A stretch of 64,000 nucleotides of DNA, taken from assembly GCA_016185185.1 (NCBI GenBank), contig JACPOD010000026.1, positions 1,790 to 65,789 on the forward strand, given 5' to 3'. Shown piece by piece: positions 39,995 through 48,067 of the stretch (the stretch's first letter is position 1; each line of letters starts with the position of its first letter). A model generated the notes under the pieces. The model did no database searches and was not told the DNA's origin. It worked only from the letters and a program-made list of their open reading frames with translations. Both the position numbers and the translations under genes were made by a program. This DNA is from Sphingobacteriales bacterium (lineage in GTDB: Bacteria > Bacteroidota > Bacteroidia > Chitinophagales > Chitinophagaceae).

Positions 39995-40231
39995 TTATTC
40001 CTTATTTTTTTCCAGGCGGGAAATTTTGCGGTCGAGACTTACAAGATATAATATCAAACCTGTAAGAATGGTAACCAGTACGGCTACTACCACATAAATT
40101 TTTCCGTTGCTATACAAAAGACCTCTTGTTTCCTCAGCGGTTTTAACAACATCATTTCCCTGTGCTATGGCAGCAATAGAAAAAAATGTGCTGATAACCA
40201 CTAAGACCGTTTTGCTGAATAATTTACGCAT
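39995..40231 (-). CDS. ccmD: CcmD-like small membrane protein
   Basis: 78 aa, directly downstream of and overlapping ccmC. It has a single TM helix followed by LDRKISRLEK. Confidence 0.55.
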   Translation of the reverse strand: MRKLFSKTVLVVISTFFSIAAIAQGNDVVKTAEETRGLLYSNGKIYVVVAVLVTILTGLILYLVSLDRKISRLEKNKE

Positions 40232-40898
40232 GCATTAAATGTTTGTCTTTAAGATTTTTTAGCCGGATGAATAAAGTGGTGATCCATACACCCAGTAAAC
40301 TCCAGCCAAGTACAGCAGGCCAGAATATTATCCGCATGGCCGGATCGAGATCGCTGCCATTGATACCGGGGTTTCCTTCCACACCTTTTCCGCCCGGGTG
40401 AAGGGATTCTTCCAGTCTTGGCATGATCCATATAGCTGGTATTAAAATAAAGAATGCAAAAATGTTATACACGGCGCTTATCCTTGCTCTTTTGTCAAGA
40501 TCGGTAATGGAGTTACGCAGCACCATATAGGCAAAATAGATGAGCAGGCCGATGGCTGCCCCGTTTTGTTTGGGGTCATTGCTCCAGGGTTCGCCCCAGG
40601 TATAATTAGCCCATATCATTCCGGTGGTAATACCCAGTACGCCAAATACAATACCACTGCGGGCATAAGCTTCGGCCCTGATATCAAACTTAAGGTCTTT
40701 TTTTCGCAGGTAATTAATAGCATTCACCAATGAAACGGTGTACAGTACCATCATTCCAAACCACATGGGCACATGGAAGTAAAGGTTGCGGATGCTTTCT
40801 CCAAGATTACTTAAATACGGAACGGGTTTTAAAAATCCGGCAACAAACGTATAGACCAGTAAAACAACCGCTGCTATTTTCCACCAGTTTTTCTTCAT
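40224..40898 (-). CDS. ccmC: cytochrome c biogenesis heme exporter protein CcmC
   Basis: 224 aa, 6 TM helices, Trp-rich motif WANYTWGEPWSNDPKQ. Confidence 0.85.
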   Translation of the reverse strand: MKKNWWKIAAVVLLVYTFVAGFLKPVPYLSNLGESIRNLYFHVPMWFGMMVLYTVSLVNAINYLRKKDLKFDIRAEAYARSGIVFGVLGITTGMIWANYTWGEPWSNDPKQNGAAIGLLIYFAYMVLRNSITDLDKRARISAVYNIFAFFILIPAIWIMPRLEESLHPGGKGVEGNPGINGSDLDPAMRIIFWPAVLGWSLLGVWITTLFIRLKNLKDKHLMHA

Positions 40899-41024
40899 AA
40901 AAAGAATTCAGGTCGGGCCATTTATTGGGGAGTTTTTTTGGCAAGCAACTCAGCGATAGAATGGCCAAATGAGACGCAAAAATAAGGGAAGCAGTTTATC
41001 TGGTAAACAATTTTTTATGGAACC

Positions 41025-41114
41025 GGATAATAAGGAATAAAGAATTAAAAATGAGAAAGTAATAATCACCCTTTCTTATTCCCTATTTCAATTTCTGATT
41101 TCTTATTTCTCATT
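41025..41114. repeat. paired inverted heptamer arrays (GGAATAA/GAAATTA words) with 11-bp spacer
   Basis: Left arm ggataataaggaataaagaattaaaaatgagaaag. Right arm ctttcttattccctatttcaatttctgatttcttatttctcatt. The reverse complement of the right arm closely resembles 1368-1416. Confidence 0.85.
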
Positions 41115-41127
41115 GTACTTTCGCCCC

Positions 41128-41925
41128 ATGTATTCCAAAGGTCAGTTAGCTGCTAAATATTTTTCCTACTATCTTAAAGCTTCTAATGGAAAAGGCCATG
41201 GAACACATTCTCCCTATGTGTACGATTTTATTGAACAGGTACTCAATGATGACCGTGATTTTTACGCCTATAGTGAAATTGAAAACCTGCGCAAAACATT
41301 ATTAAAAGAGGAACGTACGATTGAGGTACAGGATTTTGGTGCCGGCTCAGCACTAATCAATACAAAACAAAGGAAAGTGGCAGATATAGCCCGGTATTCT
41401 TTGAAACCTAAAAAGTATGCACAATTATTATTCCGGATGGTGAATTATTACCAGCCCAAACATATCCTGGAAATAGGAACTTCTTTAGGTATCACTACCT
41501 GTTACCTCGCAAAGCCCGGCAACAATACCAAAGTAACTACAATGGAAGGGGCAGATTCAATTGCTGCAATCGCACAAGAAAATTTTAAAAAACTTGCATT
41601 AAAGAATATAGAATTAGTGCAAGGCAACTTTAATGAAACACTGTCATCTGTCATCCGTCAACTGTCAACTTTGGATTTCATTTTCATTGATGGCAACCAC
41701 CGCAAGGAACCAACCTTACGTTATTTCGAACAGCTGTTACCCTTAACACATAACGACACCATTTTAATATTTGATGATATTCACTGGAGTGAAGAAATGG
41801 AAGCTGCGTGGAAACAAATAAAAAAGCATGAGCAGGTAAGAACAACTATAGATTTATTTTTTATTGGAATTGTGTTGCTGAGAAAAGAGTTTAAGGAGAA
41901 ACAACATTTTACGATAAGATTTTAA
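41128..41925 (+). CDS. class I SAM-dependent O-methyltransferase-like protein
   Basis: ILEIGTSLGITT is motif I. FIFIDGNHRKEPT and IFDDIHWS follow. The start is at ATG 41128. Confidence 0.7.
   Translation: MYSKGQLAAKYFSYYLKASNGKGHGTHSPYVYDFIEQVLNDDRDFYAYSEIENLRKTLLKEERTIEVQDFGAGSALINTKQRKVADIARYSLKPKKYAQLLFRMVNYYQPKHILEIGTSLGITTCYLAKPGNNTKVTTMEGADSIAAIAQENFKKLALKNIELVQGNFNETLSSVIRQLSTLDFIFIDGNHRKEPTLRYFEQLLPLTHNDTILIFDDIHWSEEMEAAWKQIKKHEQVRTTIDLFFIGIVLLRKEFKEKQHFTIRF
41641..41668 (+). repeat. 4 x 7-bp array (CTGTCAT/CTGTCAA) inside the methyltransferase coding sequence
   Basis: Sequence reads ctgtcat ctgtcat ccgtcaa ctgtcaa, translated in-frame as LSSVIRQLS. Confidence 0.8.
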
Positions 41926-41951
41926 ACCCTAAATCCCTAAAGGGACTTTGC

Positions 41952-41959
41952 TACATTTG
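41952..41959 (+). promoter_or_regulatory. -7 box TAcaTTTG upstream of the rRNA methyltransferase gene
   Basis: Perfect TAnnTTTG 22 nt upstream of TTG 41981. This argues against the annotated ORF start at 41948. Confidence 0.45.
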
Positions 41960-41980
41960 TTGTCTAATTATCTTTATCAA

Positions 41981-43366
41981 TTGAATTCAACTTTACCAGA
42001 AAAATTATTAGCATCTCTTGAAGGAATAAAAGGTTTCGATAAAGAAGCGTTTGTTGCCGTGCATGAAAAAGCAGAAGTAATTACTTCAATCAGGTTAAAT
42101 CCTGTTAAACAGTCAATGGTCAATGGTCAATCGTCAATAAAAGATGGCATTCACTATTCACTATTCACTATTCACTCAAAAGTTCCCTGGAGCTCTAACG
42201 GTTACTATCTTCCCGAACGTCCATCTTTTACCTTAGACCAATTATTCCACGCCGGTACTTATTATGTGCAGGAAGCCAGCAGTATGTTTTTGGAGGAAGC
42301 GGTGCGGCAAACTGTTGATGTATCAAAACCAATAAAAGTACTGGACTTATGTGCAGCACCGGGTGGAAAATCAACGTTACTGCAAAGCATTATTTCGGCG
42401 GATAGTTTACTGGTGAGTAATGAAGTGATACAATCAAGAGCATCGGTGTTAAGAGAAAATATAATAAAGTGGGGAGCAGCTAATGTAGTGGTGACGAATA
42501 ATGATCCGAAAGATTTTCAGCAGTTGCAGGGATTTTTTGATGTGATTGTGGTAGATGCGCCCTGTAGTGGCAGTGGTTTATTCAGGCGGGATGAAGAAGC
42601 CATTGCTGAATGGAGTGAGAATAATGTACAGCTGTGCAGTCAGCGGCAGCAACGGATTTTAGCAGATGTATTACCGGCGTTGAAAGAAGAAGGTGTGTTG
42701 ATTTATTCTACCTGCTCTTATTCAAAAGATGAAGACGAAAAAATAATCGATTGGTTAATCAATCACTGTCAACTGTCAACCATCAACTGTCAACTCAAAG
42801 AAGAATGGAATATTGTTGAATCAAATGGCGGCTATCGTTTCTGGCCCGATAAAATTAAAGGTGAAGGGTTTTTTATTGCTTGTTTTAAAAAGAATGAAGG
42901 AGTGGAATTTTCTTATCCAAGGGTGAGAGCCTTTAATAAAGCCACTAAACAGGAAGCAGAAGTATTAAGCTGTTTTTTGGATAAACCACAGCAGTTTGAA
43001 TTTCTTCCGCTCACGGATCATTTATTTGCTGTGCCGGTTGAATTAGTTCAGGATATAATGCTGCTGAAAAGTTTATTACGCATCCGTTATGCAGGCATTG
43101 AAATGGGTGTAATCAATAAAAACGATTTGATACCGGAACATACACTGGCTCTTTCTGTTCATATCAATAAAACATTACCTGCTGTTCAGCTCAATAAAGA
43201 ACAGGCTTTACAATATTTACGCAAGCAGGATAATCTTCAACTGGAATTAAATGGTATGAAAGGATGGTGTTTGATGCAGTATGAAGGGATTAATCTTGGA
43301 TGGGCCAAGCTATTGCCTAACCGTATTAATAATTATTATCCTAAGGAGTGGAGGATATTAAAGTAG
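41981..43366 (+). CDS. RsmB/RsmF-family rRNA cytosine-C5 methyltransferase
   Basis: YYVQEASSM, DLCAAPGGKST, VDAPCSGSG and YSTCS motifs. The start is uncertain (TTG 41981 or TTG 41948). It contains in-frame repeat elements. Confidence 0.82.
   Translation: MNSTLPEKLLASLEGIKGFDKEAFVAVHEKAEVITSIRLNPVKQSMVNGQSSIKDGIHYSLFTIHSKVPWSSNGYYLPERPSFTLDQLFHAGTYYVQEASSMFLEEAVRQTVDVSKPIKVLDLCAAPGGKSTLLQSIISADSLLVSNEVIQSRASVLRENIIKWGAANVVVTNNDPKDFQQLQGFFDVIVVDAPCSGSGLFRRDEEAIAEWSENNVQLCSQRQQRILADVLPALKEEGVLIYSTCSYSKDEDEKIIDWLINHCQLSTINCQLKEEWNIVESNGGYRFWPDKIKGEGFFIACFKKNEGVEFSYPRVRAFNKATKQEAEVLSCFLDKPQQFEFLPLTDHLFAVPVELVQDIMLLKSLLRIRYAGIEMGVINKNDLIPEHTLALSVHINKTLPAVQLNKEQALQYLRKQDNLQLELNGMKGWCLMQYEGINLGWAKLLPNRINNYYPKEWRILK
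42112..42176 (+). repeat. composite element: 4 x GTCAATG + 9-bp spacer + 4 x ATTCACT, in-frame in the methyltransferase gene
   Basis: Sequence reads gtcaatg gtcaatg gtcaatc gtcaata aaagatggc attcact x4. It is homologous to 46088-46159 (reverse complement). Confidence 0.9.
42766..42793 (+). repeat. 4 x 7-bp array (CTGTCAA) in-frame in the methyltransferase gene
   Basis: Sequence reads ctgtcaa ctgtcaa ccatcaa ctgtcaa, translated as CQLSTINCQL. Confidence 0.85.
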
Positions 43367-43748
43367 TTTTTTGTTTCGTAATGGCGAGGTATGAAGCCAT
43401 CTGCTTTGTGAATAACACACTCTTCGCTATTGTTAGCTGTTAATCCACAAATGTGTTGGTGGATGCGTTAGACCAGCATTTTAAAGCGACCGACCTGAGG
43501 CCACAATTTGTTACCTCAAGTTTCATAAACATTATGAGTAGCCATCTTTCATCAATTTCATAGACTCTCTACTTTCTTTTGTTTGGCCAAAAGAAAGTAG
43601 CAAAGAAAAGGCCCCCGAATTCGATATACAGCACGAATTCGGTTGAATGACTTTTGAGCTTTGGTACTACTGTGGTGAAGAACTGCTGTTCCTTGATTTT
43701 AGATTTCTTCTTTACAATTGTTGATAGCAGATCAACAACGGGAGAAGT

Positions 43749-44102
43749 TTATTTCTTCCATTCTTCTATTTTGAAATCTTTTACTACTGAATCGCTGTTT
43801 AACTGAAAGGAAAGATATTTGGTGTAAATTGGATCAATGTCAGTTCCATAATCTTCATCAATTAAATATAGCATAATACTATCTGTTGGATAATCAGGCT
43901 CACCTAGAAGATTTACTAAATCATTTTTAGATACTCCAATTAATTTATAGTTGGTTATTAGATCTTTGAACATTTTCTTTCTATTTTGTGGAGGAGCTTC
44001 TGGATATTCTTTTGTTTTCCATTTTGTACTTTCAAACTTTATTTGGTTCTGACAAGAAAGAAGTGCTGTAAATAGAAGTAAAAGCAACAAAGGTTTTATC
44101 AT
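43749..44102 (-). CDS. small exported protein/lipoprotein, unknown function
   Basis: Signal peptide MIKPLLLLLLFTALLSC. The gene is AT-rich. Confidence 0.4.
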   Translation of the reverse strand: MIKPLLLLLLFTALLSCQNQIKFESTKWKTKEYPEAPPQNRKKMFKDLITNYKLIGVSKNDLVNLLGEPDYPTDSIMLYLIDEDYGTDIDPIYTKYLSFQLNSDSVVKDFKIEEWKK

Positions 44103-44211
44103 AATATTCTATTGAAGGAATAACTCATAATACTTTTTCAATAATCAGATATTGTAATAACATCCTTCTCCTCCCAATCCATTCAATCCAATAAATCGTG
44201 GTTCAGACAAA

Positions 44212-44847
44212 TTACTTCCTCCCAAAATCAGCAGGATTTTCGCCCCAGGCACTGGTTTCCCATTTTAAAATTTTATTGGGATAAGTATTTTGCTGCAACC
44301 ATTGTTCGGCCCGTTCAATTAATTCAAATATCATTTCATTCCTGCCGGTTCTTTCTAATTTGGTTTTTGCTTTCTTTCCCTTCACCCATAAAATAGCATT
44401 GCGGCTATCGCTGTAAATGGGCAGCAAAAGATTTTTGTTTTTGCAATAACCGAGTGCATGTACAATAGCGAGGAACTCGCCAATATTATTGGTGCCATCA
44501 GTAAACGGCCCTTGTTTGAAAATAAGTTTATTTGTTTTGTAAAAAATCCCCTGGTACTCCATCGGTCCTGGCATACCACTGCAGGCAGCATCTACAATAA
44601 TACTATCGTGAATGGGGTTACCAACATTTTTTAACTCCTTTTTACCAACTGAGGCATCAACGATAAGATCTTCATTGTAACCCGCCGTTCCTTTGTGGAA
44701 TGCCGTGGTGGCTGCATCTTTTGTCTTGAAAGAGCGGTAAAGAGCACCGGTAAAACCATGAATTTGTTTTTTGCAGTCGTCCCAATTGTCGTAAATACCG
44801 GGCTGTTTACCTTTCCAAACCACGTAATATTTTTGTTCTTTGGCCAT
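44212..44847 (-). CDS. rnhA: ribonuclease HI with N-terminal hybrid-binding (caulimovirus viroplasmin-like) domain
   Basis: YYVVWKGKQPGIYDNWDDCKKQIHGFTGALYRSF is the HBD motif. The RNase H core follows (DAAC, NNIGEFLA, IYSDS). The start is at ATG 44847. Confidence 0.85.
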   Translation of the reverse strand: MAKEQKYYVVWKGKQPGIYDNWDDCKKQIHGFTGALYRSFKTKDAATTAFHKGTAGYNEDLIVDASVGKKELKNVGNPIHDSIIVDAACSGMPGPMEYQGIFYKTNKLIFKQGPFTDGTNNIGEFLAIVHALGYCKNKNLLLPIYSDSRNAILWVKGKKAKTKLERTGRNEMIFELIERAEQWLQQNTYPNKILKWETSAWGENPADFGRK

Positions 44848-44888
44848 TATTGGCACAAGTTTAGCAAAAACAAAATTATTCTGCATCT

Positions 44889-45686
44889 TTGCTCACGATT
44901 AAATTTAATATTCATGAAGTTGATTCTTGGTTTATTGGTTTCCTTATTTATATCGTTCAGGAAAAAGAAGGGTTGATGAAAGTGGGCAAATATTTTGGCA
45001 TTAGTGCAGAGGATTTGAAGAAATTAAATGGATTGAAAGCTGATGCAGTAAATATGGGTGATAAACTGGTGATTGGTTATTTGAAAGTGCTGAAGGAACA
45101 ATCTCCATTAGCAGCTAATGCAAAAGCGGGTAAGCCGGTGGTGAAGACGCAAGGGGCAAATGACAAGGCACAAGAAGTTGCTAAAACGGAAGTAAAGAAA
45201 GAAGATAAACCAATAGTTAAACAACCAGAAGTTAAGCCCGAAGAAAAACCAGTGGTAAAAGCTCCTGAAGTGAAGAAAGAAGAGAAGCCTGTTGTAAAAC
45301 AGGAAATACCAAAAGTAGAAGAAAAGAAACCTGTGGTGAGTAGTACAGTAAACAGCTCTGCATCGAAAGAAGGGGTGTTTATGAATGAATATTTTTCACA
45401 AACGAATAATGGAAGTAATACCCAATCATCTGAAACGATGTGCGGCGTATTTAAAAGCAGCAGCGGCTGGAACAATGGAAAATATTATGCCCTGATGAAT
45501 GGCGTAGAAAGAGGAACCATTGTAAAGATTATGGTGAATGGCCGGGCCGTTTATGCAAAAGTTTTAGATGCTGTACCCAATGTAAAGGAGAATGCAGGGT
45601 TGAATGTACTCATCAGTAATGCAGCTGCGGCACAGTTAGCCGTAAGTGAGCAGAAGTTTAATGTGGGAGTGATGTGGAGTAAGTAA
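44889..45686 (+). CDS. LysM domain + Lys/Pro/Glu-rich linker + RlpA-like double-psi beta-barrel protein
   Basis: LysM-like YIVQEKEGLMKVGKYFGISAEDLKKLNGL, followed by KPVVK/EEK repeats. The C-terminus GTIVKIMVNGRAVYAKVLD is RlpA-like. The 5' end is unclear (see finding). Confidence 0.55.
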   Translation: MLTIKFNIHEVDSWFIGFLIYIVQEKEGLMKVGKYFGISAEDLKKLNGLKADAVNMGDKLVIGYLKVLKEQSPLAANAKAGKPVVKTQGANDKAQEVAKTEVKKEDKPIVKQPEVKPEEKPVVKAPEVKKEEKPVVKQEIPKVEEKKPVVSSTVNSSASKEGVFMNEYFSQTNNGSNTQSSETMCGVFKSSSGWNNGKYYALMNGVERGTIVKIMVNGRAVYAKVLDAVPNVKENAGLNVLISNAAAAQLAVSEQKFNVGVMWSK

Positions 45687-45719
45687 ATGAAAAATGAAAA
45701 GTGAATAATGAGAAATGGG
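45685..45719. repeat. heptad-phased array (AATGAAA/AGTGAAT words)
   Basis: Sequence reads aaatgaa aaatgaa aagtgaa taatgag aaatggg, starting within the stop codon of the LysM gene. Confidence 0.75.
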
Positions 45720-45745
45720 ATGCAGTAGTTGTATCCCATTTTTAT
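45714..45745 (+). terminator. rho-independent terminator after the LysM/RlpA-like gene
   Basis: Stem aatgggat / atcccatt with an 11-nt loop, followed by ttttatt. Confidence 0.6.
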
Positions 45746-46659
45746 TGAAAACGATAGCCTCTTAAAAAATCTTCTACATTCATTTTCTTTTTTCCTTCCA
45801 GCTGAAGTTCGATTACATGTACATAACCATCGGCACAGGCGAATTTTAGAAATGTTTTGTTATCGGTTTCAAATTCACCGGTATTGCTTTTAGATGATGT
45901 GATTTCTTTTTTACTCCGGTATATCTTCAGCATCTTTCCCTGCCCGACTTCGTCATTCAGGCGGGCATCTAAATAAGTAAACGCTCCGGGAAAAGGAGAG
46001 AGGCCTCGGATGAGGTTATGTACTTCAGTTGTTGTTTTGGTAAAATCTATTTTGCAGGTGTCGGTGAAAATTTTGGGGGCATGTTTGAGTGAATGGTGAA
46101 TAGTGAATGGTGAATTGCCATCTTCTTTTTCCATTGACCATTGACCATTGACCATTGACAACTGGGGAACTTCATTAAGAGACCTATCCGCTAACCCTTC
46201 CACTGTTTTTACTAACAACGCTGCTCCAATTTCTTTCATTTTATCATGCACTTCACCGGCGGTTTCATTTTCATCTATGTTGATAGGAGCGGCGCCACGG
46301 TATTGTGGTAATAAACTACCATGTAAGTTAACTGTTCCCATTGGCGGCATATTCCAAACAACTTCGGGTAACATGCGGAAGGCAACCACAATTTGTAAAT
46401 CGGCATTGAGTGCTTTTAGTTGTTCCAGGAATTCAGCATTCTTTAATTTTTCCGGTTGCAGGATGTTTAAGTTATGTTCAACAGCATATTTCTTTACAGC
46501 ACTTTCATTGAGCTTCATTCCACGTCCGGCAGGTTTATCGGGTGCAGTGATTACACCCACAATATTACATCCAGCTTTTACCAATGCATCCAGAGAAGCT
46601 ACGGCAAAATCCGGTGTGCCCATAAAAACAATTCGCAGCGATTGAAAATCTTTCATCAT
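45742..46659 (-). CDS. fmt: methionyl-tRNA formyltransferase, atypical (internal gap plus repeat insertion)
   Basis: RIVFMGTPDFAV and NLHGSLLPQYRGAAPI motifs, with C-terminal domain LSPFPGAF...LQLEGKKKM. The segment expected after RGAAPI seems missing, and element 46088-46159 is inserted. Confidence 0.8.
   Translation of the reverse strand: MMKDFQSLRIVFMGTPDFAVASLDALVKAGCNIVGVITAPDKPAGRGMKLNESAVKKYAVEHNLNILQPEKLKNAEFLEQLKALNADLQIVVAFRMLPEVVWNMPPMGTVNLHGSLLPQYRGAAPINIDENETAGEVHDKMKEIGAALLVKTVEGLADRSLNEVPQLSMVNGQWSMEKEDGNSPFTIHHSLKHAPKIFTDTCKIDFTKTTTEVHNLIRGLSPFPGAFTYLDARLNDEVGQGKMLKIYRSKKEITSSKSNTGEFETDNKTFLKFACADGYVHVIELQLEGKKKMNVEDFLRGYRFQ
46088..46159 (-). repeat. composite element: 4 x GTCAATG + 16-nt spacer + 4 x ATTCAC(C/T) (as read on the minus strand), in-frame in fmt
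   Basis: The plus strand reads agtgaat ggtgaat agtgaat ggtgaat tgccatcttcttttt c cattgac x4. Confidence 0.9.
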
Positions 46660-46704
46660 CGCTGCGAAGGTAAGAGAAGCAATTATACTTCTCAATAGTT
46701 CGCA

Positions 46705-47964
46705 CTATTCAAAATCCCTATACAGCAAATATTTTTTTCTTATCTCTTTAAACTTTTTCAGGTCTGGTTCCCAGCTTTTGCGTATTTCCTCTTCAGTCAA
46801 ACCATCTTTTATCTGCTGCATCAGCTTAGCATTACCGGCTAATTTATTAAAGAAATATTCTTCCGGCTTTGGATTGCTGCCGGCTGGTTTTAAAAAGAAA
46901 TTTTCCTTATCAGGGAAAAGTTTATAGGCATTAATAAGCCAGCTTAACTGTATATGATTATTTATTTTCTTTATCACTTTATCTGCGGAATCAAATAAAT
47001 TCCAGCCATAGCAACGTTTGCCGTTAAGCTTTGGTTCTTTAGCGCCAACATTTGGTTTGGGTGTAAATGAATAGAGCGTATCCGGTAATGAAGGATGACC
47101 AAAAATCTGGAACGGTTTATCTGTTCCTCTCCCTTCACTTAAAACAGTTCCTTCAAAAAAACAGGTGGAAGGATACCAGTAAATACTTTGCATCGAATTT
47201 AAATTGGGGGAAGGAGTAACCGGCAGGGGATATTTATCCCTGTGATCATACTTATTGCAGGGTACAACGGTAAACTCAAAAGTACCACCGCTGGTAGTAG
47301 TGATGGGAGGTGAATAAAACCATCCTTCACCCAACAGCATACCTGCATATTCACCCATCGTCATACCATACACAACAGGAATGGGCTGCATGCCAATAAA
47401 AGAGCTGAATTTTCTTTCGAGCACAGGACCGTCAACATAATAACCATTAGGATTTGGCCGGTCTAAAATCATAAGGTGTTTATTGAATTCCAATGCAGCC
47501 TCTAAATAATATTGCAGTGATGATATGTAAGTATAAAACCGGGCACCCACATCCTGGATATCAAAGATCATCACATCTACATCTTTCAGATCTTCTGCTG
47601 TTGGTTTTTTATGATCACCATATAAAGAAATGATGGGCAATCCTGTTTTAGCATCTTTCCCATCTGTAATATGTTCTCCGGCATCAGCGTCTCCCCGAAA
47701 GCCATGTTCGGGCGAAAATATCTTTACCACATTTATATGATTTTTCAGCAGCAGATCTACTGTATGTATTTTCCCCGCCATAGAAGTTTGGTTGGCAAAT
47801 ACCGCTACAGATTTCCCGATTAACAGGTTAATATATTGATCGGTTCGTTCCGCCCCCACCATAAATGTCTTCCCTTTATTACTGATGCCACCCCTGTTAT
47901 ACTGGGCACAGGCAGTAGTAATTGCGAATACAAACAGAATAGGGAGAAAACGGGTTACATTCAT
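46705..47964 (-). CDS. DUF1343 family protein (NamZ-like exo-beta-N-acetylmuramidase)
   Basis: VFANQTS, IFSPEHGFRGDADAG and DIQDVGARFYTY motifs. Signal/lipobox ITTACA. The ATG is at 47964. Confidence 0.78.
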   Translation of the reverse strand: MNVTRFLPILFVFAITTACAQYNRGGISNKGKTFMVGAERTDQYINLLIGKSVAVFANQTSMAGKIHTVDLLLKNHINVVKIFSPEHGFRGDADAGEHITDGKDAKTGLPIISLYGDHKKPTAEDLKDVDVMIFDIQDVGARFYTYISSLQYYLEAALEFNKHLMILDRPNPNGYYVDGPVLERKFSSFIGMQPIPVVYGMTMGEYAGMLLGEGWFYSPPITTTSGGTFEFTVVPCNKYDHRDKYPLPVTPSPNLNSMQSIYWYPSTCFFEGTVLSEGRGTDKPFQIFGHPSLPDTLYSFTPKPNVGAKEPKLNGKRCYGWNLFDSADKVIKKINNHIQLSWLINAYKLFPDKENFFLKPAGSNPKPEEYFFNKLAGNAKLMQQIKDGLTEEEIRKSWEPDLKKFKEIRKKYLLYRDFE

Positions 47965-48067
47965 GTGTATTATTTTACTCAAATGTCAACAAATATTTGT
48001 GATGAAATCGTGAAAATTTATCTCACCTCGCAAATATAGTTTACCTTGTGCGCCTTAAATTATAAAT

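Noticed and set aside
44695-44976. 93-aa plus-strand ORF overlapping the rnhA 5' region.
   Set aside because: Most of it is antisense to the well-supported RNase HI gene. Only its last 20 codons (MKLILGLLVSLFISF...) are interesting, and these are discussed as a possible frameshifted signal peptide of the LysM gene.
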